NCBI GenBank assembly: GCA_018384065.1
Contig: JAHAYL010000051.1
Coordinates: forward strand, 840-64,839
Origin: Oxalobacter sp.
Lineage (GTDB): Bacteria; Pseudomonadota; Gammaproteobacteria; Burkholderiales; Burkholderiaceae_D
Direction of reading: 5' to 3'
DNA: 64,000 bases
Shown: in pieces, positions 63,014 through 64,000 of the stretch
Numbering within the stretch: the stretch's first letter is position 1
Layout of the letters: the number at the start of each line of letters is the position of its first letter
Program-made: the position numbers and the translations under genes
Notes under the pieces: model-generated
What the model saw: the letters and a program-made list of their open reading frames with translations, nothing else
The model's database searches: none
What the model was told of the DNA's origin: nothing

Positions 63014-64000
63014 ATGGAATTTGAAGTCTGGTGGTTGGTCGGCGTTCCCATTTTCTTTGGTCTTGGATGGATTGCTGCCCGTATCGATATCAAACAGCTG
63101 CTGTCTGAATCGCGCAGCCTGCCAAAAGGGTATTTCAAGGGGCTGAACTTCCTGCTGAATGAACAGCCGGACAAGGCGATTGATGCTTTCATTGAAATTG
63201 TGAAGCTGGATCCTGAAACGGCTGACCTGCATTTTGCCTTGGGCAATCTGTTCCGCCGTCGTGGGGAGACGGAACGCGCCATCCGTATGCATCAGAACCT
63301 GCTGCTGCGTCCGGACCTGCCTATGGAACAGCAGATGCAGGCACGTTTTGAACTGGGGCAGGATTTCCTGAAAGCCGGTCTGCTTGACCGTGCAGAAGAC
63401 GTTTTCCAGGAACTGACGGAAACACCTTATTCCATGCGGGCACGCCGTGCGTTGCTGGAGATTTTCCAGCGTGAAAAAGAATGGCGCCAGGCGATTGAGG
63501 CGGCGGAGGCCTTGCAGAATATGGGGGCAGGAAACCGTAGTCGGCAGATTGCACAGTTTTATTGCGAGCTGGCAGAGAATCAACTGGTACGGACCCATCC
63601 TGAGAAAGCATTGCCTTTGCTTGACAAGGCATTGGAAATCGATGGGATGTGTACCCGTGCGACAATCCTGACCGGCGATGCCCACAAGGCAATGGGAGAT
63701 ATTGAGAAGGCGCTGGAAACCTGGCGCAGGGTGGAAAAACAGAATATCCAGCATACCATCCTGATAGTCCGCCGCCTGATGGATGGTTACGAGGCAGTCG
63801 GACGTCCTGAAGAAGGGATCAGCCTGCTGAAATCCTATCTGTCTGAGATTTCTTCCATTGATATGCTTGATGTGCTGGTCAAGGCTGTCCTGAAACAGGA
63901 TGGTGCTGAAAATGCCAATGCACTGGTACGGGAAGAGCTGCGGAAAACGCCTACCCTGTTGGGTTTGGACAGGCTGCTTGAAGCTCAGTTGCTGGTGGTT
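63014..64000 (+). CDS. lapB: Lipopolysaccharide assembly protein LapB (YciM), truncated by window end
   Basis: Not in the ORF track. ATG at 63014 gives MEFEVWWLVGVPIFFGLGWIAARIDIKQLL...YFKGLNFLLNEQPDKAIDAF...LGNLFRRRGETERAIRMHQNL, then TPR-like repeats. Confidence 0.95.
   Translation, partial: MEFEVWWLVGVPIFFGLGWIAARIDIKQLLSESRSLPKGYFKGLNFLLNEQPDKAIDAFIEIVKLDPETADLHFALGNLFRRRGETERAIRMHQNLLLRPDLPMEQQMQARFELGQDFLKAGLLDRAEDVFQELTETPYSMRARRALLEIFQREKEWRQAIEAAEALQNMGAGNRSRQIAQFYCELAENQLVRTHPEKALPLLDKALEIDGMCTRATILTGDAHKAMGDIEKALETWRRVEKQNIQHTILIVRRLMDGYEAVGRPEEGISLLKSYLSEISSIDMLDVLVKAVLKQDGAENANALVREELRKTPTLLGLDRLLEAQLLVV

Overview
Bacterial chromosomal window, almost entirely housekeeping genes, with Betaproteobacteria/Burkholderiales-style proteins and gene order. 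An Oxalobacter-like streamlined genome is my inference from gene content, not a database result. About 68 CDS are supported: envelope (ampD, lpxK, kdsB, lgt, mrcA, lptM, lapB, secDF-yajC), DNA metabolism (recG, recA-recX, xseA, topB, dprA, holC), translation (queA-tgt, def-fmt, rsuA, rpsA), amino-acid and cofactor synthesis (argH, ilvD, aroKB fusion, lysA, bioADB, folD, ubiA, mog) and proteolysis (clpSA, prlC, pmbA). There is also a 6S RNA, a LexA box and several intrinsic terminators. I saw no mobile element, CRISPR array, rRNA or tRNA, and no clear multi-gene novel system. The best leads are: (1) an isocitrate dehydrogenase in which four canonical NADP 2'-phosphate contacts are replaced, without the Asp signature of NAD-type enzymes; (2) a two-gene operon of unknown function (2596-3623) behind a ~130-nt leader carrying two perfect 15-nt repeats and a long hairpin; (3) a decayed response-regulator fragment in frame with an aldo/keto reductase; (4) a six-cysteine secreted orphan protein; (5) a CTP-dependent polyprenol/diacylglycerol kinase coupled to engB; (6) repeated clean absences of genes normally found at these loci (oxyR, pilMNOPQ, cyaY, smg, bioF, ygfA, lapA, proC). 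Synteny comparisons come from my recollection of conserved proteobacterial gene order and need checking.
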